DNA from: Dudresnaya verticillata
Taxonomy: Eukaryota
NCBI GenBank assembly: GCA_977862235.1
Contig: OZ374560.1
Location: 744,001-808,000, forward strand
Reading direction: 5' to 3'
Length of the DNA: 64,000 bases
The notes beneath the pieces were generated by a model that searched no databases, was not told the DNA's origin, and was given only the letters and a program-made list of their open reading frames with translations. The position numbers and the translations under genes were made by a program. Below are positions 59,330 to 64,000 of the stretch, one piece after another (position 1 is the first letter of the stretch; every line of letters starts with the position of its first letter).

Positions 59330-62300
59330 TTTGAGGCTACCGTGTCAGACGTAACGATATACCAAGTTAGTGTTGTTGACTTCATTTCCAAGGAAACACT
59401 GCGCACTTTCTGTGTATACACAGCTTATTCAGAAGTAGCCAGTTTCCTTTTATATGGACCAGAGATTTCTTTCATGCTTCAGTTCTGCAGGAATTCCAAA
59501 TGATACACATATACATCAAGAAAGAACCCACGAGATCTGCTGAGATTTGTTCCTCTCTCTGTATGCCCCATTCCAGCCTATATAGACGTTTTAATAACTA
59601 CTTTGGCGGCTGCATAGATTCTTCATTTCAAACACATCAGCCTTTATAATTAGAACGAACTTGTGAATGACGCCGTTATAGCACAACCGAATGCTCCATT
59701 GGGTATTTTAGGACAACAAGGGCTCATGCCTGTAAATAGCTTCTGCATGCTCTGCTACACTTCGCGATGGGACAAAGGAGTCTATATTTTTCTTGCTGCC
59801 GACAAAGCAGTATCCACATGGGAATAAATTCTGTGGCTGAGCCTGCATATCGAAACTTTATGTTTGATGTTGATAGGGTGCATATGTGCTAAATGGAAGT
59901 TAAAAGGTTGCCATCGGACCGGTCCTCTCCTTGTAAGATTTATTCGTGTTGCAAGCTTCCCGACGCTCTCACAAGTTCACGTAAACAAAATATAGGAAAG
60001 GAATGAATCTCATTCTGTGAATGAGACCGTAGCCCATTAAAACTAGATCTTTTGAAGGATCAAGTGGTGTAAACAGCAAATCACATGAAATGCAGTAACA
60101 ATGTCGCCATTGATTGCCCAACTAGTTCTTTTTCAGCCGCAGACCGCAGAATAACTCCTGTGATAGCTTTATTTATCAGAGCAGGGGTTTGAGCCCTTTC
60201 AACATAGTTTGAGGGTACTTCCTGGCAAAATGATTTCACGGACATAGCAAGTAGTCATCACCGGTGAGCTTTATTCAACTCCAACACCCAAATGGAGAGT
60301 CTTGCCAGTAAAAGAAGTCATGGATTGTCCCTACAGTTGTACTTGTATGCCAATGGTTGGTTTACTGGTAACAGGTATGAACATGTTTCAGCGCCGGGCG
60401 GTATCAGCTTTAGTAAACCATGGAAATTGACTACTGAAAAGATAGATGTATCAGCTCATTAGATGAGGAGTGATTGAAACATGCTTGGTTTCGCACGAAG
60501 GTACGGTTTATTGTTACAAAAATAGAGCACACAGAGTGCGAATGGACGTTCGTTCGACTGGACTGACGATTTTCGCACATGGACTTCTAAGAATACATGT
60601 TGTGAACTAGAAGAAGAATCTGCTTATGCCCAGATTCCTTGAGCTCCGTTCGCAGGAAGGTATCCAGTGCACGCATTGCTCGGTTGTCCTTCTTCATGTT
60701 ACAGGAGATGGACAGACACTGTTCACACCCGACACTGCTCCGAGGTGTTGACGGAGTACACGTGCATTGCTCCGATTTATTTTTAGACCTCTCTCATTTT
60801 TGCAAGTGCCATTCGCGCGCTCGCGACACGCATTGCTGCCAAGCATGCAATGTTCAGGATCAAAGATGGAGATTAATATTATCTTTGGTAAAGCCAGTTC
60901 TTAAGATAGGGCCGTGGGCCACGTTCACAAGAGCCGTGGGCCACGCTCACAAGAGGTTGTCATGCTCGCACGGCAAATGGGGCATTCGTACCGTACCATC
61001 CAAGGAGGGCAAACATTTGAACAACATTTGACTGCACTCTGTAACACACTCTCGTATCGTCGCTTTATCTTGGTACAGCAATCAAATCCTTTGGTTGGGG
61101 TTCCCTCGAGCGCAGAGAGCATAGTGGTTTCCAGAATCCTTGATGCCACACAGCGCAGGGTTTTCTGAGAGTTAAGAGTGACCTGTCCATCCGAACCGCG
61201 GATGCCCCGAATCATGTCGAGCAGAGACGTATTTTTTATGAGGGGAACCTTTCCATGAGCTGATCATGGACTGGAGCTGCAGAGAAACACAACGGAGAGG
61301 ATACTGGGAAAGAAGTCGGCTAAGTATAGAAGTTCTGGCCGCATTGCTGTCAGAGTCAACAAGGGTAGAAGCGCGATGTTTGCGCTCAGTCCCTGGCGGC
61401 TGAAGTGCTGCGGGAAGCTCAAATTTCAGCGTAGACTCAAGAGGGGCCCTTTGGCGGAACGTGACATGCACGTATTGAGCATGACTGGCCATGCGGCAGC
61501 CTACAAGAAGTGATATGATCTACAGGTTTGGCCCTGTCTAATTTAACTACTCCAGAAGACGACACCTTTGCAACAGAACGTGACACGTCAAACTTGCTAT
61601 ATATTCTATCTGAAGTTTATAGGGACAGGCTTGGCCGCAAAGACTATCCTACGCCAGCTCGCTTGTTGTACGAAACTTGGATTGTACGCTGCAAGCATGG
61701 GCGATGCCAGGAGGTCTATTCTTTCTTTCATTCTTCTTTCGTTACTCCATCGTCTTCTTTGAGCAGTCATGCTATAGCTTTAGAACAAAACCTTAGCGGA
61801 GAGATAAAACTGTCTAAACTAGAAAGAGGCGAACTGCGAACGTTATCAATGATGAAGACTGGCTAAGAAGTCGATTGGCAAAGTTCATGAGGTATCTTCA
61901 AATTTCAGACGATCCGGCAACATTTGTCGATTCTTGATGTACATGGAAGAAGACGCCACTTGTAGCCCCGAAACCCAATCGAACGATCACTTCCCAGTCG
62001 CACCACTCCTCTTCTTCTGTGTTCCTGTAGAGATCTTCACTTTGCTGTTGTGCCTATTTTCACCGCATCCTTCACTTCCGTAGACCCGGAAACATTTGCA
62101 CGTCCTCCCGAGGGTCCACGTCCTGAGTATCCTCCCGAACGAGATGAGCTGGGAAGCACATCGAAATAGTCTCTCTCATCATGTAATTGTGGCGTAGAGG
62201 TAGAACGGAGAGAGCTGGCTGAAGAGGAAGAATTGTTTCAATGCAAGGATTCCCGAACTGACTTCGGCAACTGAGGGTTCATGTCTTCGAACGACCGAGG

Positions 62301-64000
62301 TGCAGGCGTATCTTCTCGGCTTTGCGATTTTACAACCGGCGAAGCGAAAGTCGGGGTTCTTGGAGATGCAAGTCTTTCGGACATTTGGATCTCTCCTTAC
62401 GTCTCTGGATTTGTTCGGGTCTGGAATTTAATTGAGCCGTCGAGCTGGCGAGGTGGAGACTGTTTGTCCGTTACCAGTTATCAGCTGGCGGTGGGTCAGA
62501 AGAGAGAGTTTAAGTACCCTTTGCAAGTCAAACCCCCTTTCCTTTCTTCTGGGTGTTTTGCATTAGAACTATTCCTGGCTCGGGCTCCACAGCCATTACA
62601 CGGCCTTGAGACCTGTCCTGTCTCCATACAGACAGACAGAAAATGCTCGACTGCCGAAGAGATCAGAAAGGGAGATGTCTCTGACACCGTCTGCCTCGAA
62701 GGACTCCTCTTGAGACACCGGTCTCTGTCAATGGTCGGATAGAAGCTTTCGGACCTTCTCGTCCTCGGACCATCACAATTGCAACATACAGGCAATCTGA
62801 TACAGATGTTTGGTATACCGAAGGACAAAGCGAGTAGAAATTATTGTGAAGTTTGCACGAAACGAACCGGAAATGAAAGCCTGCCCTCGGTGCACTATTG
62901 TTGGTGCGCTAATGGGTCTTTAGTTTCCTGTGCGGGATCACCCTAAACAATTAGTAAATGTTTACCACCAGTATTGGATCCTAAGAACTTGTTTTCAGGG
63001 CTGCGGTGTATATGTACGTGTATGTGTCGGCTGTGGGTCGTATATGGACCCAATGCACTGCCTGTCCTGTACGTGTCCGTTGCATGCCGTAAACAAGCTC
63101 TAGATAAGGTCACAGATGTTTTTGTGGACATCCTGAGTTGTGTAATTGAGAGATGCCCTGCGTGATTGAAGGCTACTTGCTAAAATAAGGTCACTGCTTG
63201 CTTCACTTTTCGCGAATCAGCAATAGGCAGCACATATCTACGGAACACAGCCGGTACCTTTACAAAATAGATCTCTCGGTAATGTTGCGATGCTGTGACG
63301 TGTACAGGTGGTACCGTATGGTGCGGGAAGTGGGAAGCACGCTGAAGGGATTTGCGCACATGCACTGCGTTTCGCAAGCGCATTTGGGATTTTCGTGCAC
63401 TGGAAATCAATGGCCTACAGTATGTTTCTGTGATACTTTTATTCATATTCTACTTAGTAGTTTGTGGAAAACTGTAAACATACCGGAAGAGGAGAACGAA
63501 GCATCTCTCACTCTTGGACAAAACTCTGAAAAAATAATAGCTCTAGGATGTGACTTCATTCCATATATTTCTTGTGTCTCGTTCGGCTAAGAGAATTCGA
63601 GATATGGCATTATTATTGACGTGTAACTCTCTACTTCCATTTCTGTGTATAGTTCTCCACCACTTCATGCCCAGGCGAATGCTCTCTGAATCGAGCTGAG
63701 TAAACGTTATCATCACTTCGCGCCCATTTTTTGCGGCAATAGGGCAGGGCCCGCTGTAACATTCATCGTTGGGATACCTCCATGTTGTGGTTTGTAGAAA
63801 ACTGCGCAGGTCAGAAATGGATCCTCCTAGCACTAACAAGAACCAAAAGAAAGATATGACAAAATGTGCGCTGGGTGTGATGGTACAACAGCCTTCAATA
63901 ATCAAAAGGGCAGCGATCAACCTCGTTGCCCAGGATCAAAATGGAGACCACGTTCGATGCACCCGAACGTGGGCTATAGTGTAAGGCAAAGCTAGCCAAA

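Noticed and set aside
60639..61031. Cys-rich stretch as a SET-associated or transposase zinc domain
   Set aside because: Spacing is not convincing and no adjoining catalytic domain is visible

Overview
Eukaryotic window, probably from a red-alga-like genome (inferred from element types and gene style, not verified). About 51 kb is a nested stack of decayed retroelements and the last ~12 kb is host-like DNA. There are five Ty3/Gypsy elements. A (266-13597, +, both LTRs, TSD GGTCG) sits in the 3' region of B (minus, 5' LTR 22168-22804, runs off the left edge). B sits in the RNase H of an older element E (22805-32228, +). C (24693-32077, minus) sits in E's 3' LTR and itself carries a solo LTR and a dimeric Helitron-like insert. 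D (36887-48580, +, TSD CCCAC, integrase deleted) and a 2-kb solo LTR (34740-36785, TSD TAAAC) both interrupt ORF1 of an RLE/CRE-type non-LTR retrotransposon. The main observation is that A and D, from families with unrelated LTRs, each carry a large antisense ORF between pol and the 3' LTR. The two proteins share a conserved ~190-aa domain I cannot assign to a known family, followed by a disordered tail. Other notable items are a reconstructable TGATG-coupled two-ORF RLE LINE, a conserved G_AAA_AAC gag-pol frameshift site, probable introns inside LTRs, a WLDD-type RT lineage without a tRNA PBS, a stand-alone triple-BRK-domain gene behind tandem E2F-like sites, and a SPEC3/Stum-like gene with a poly-C intron. 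All alignments were made by eye and no database searches were run.
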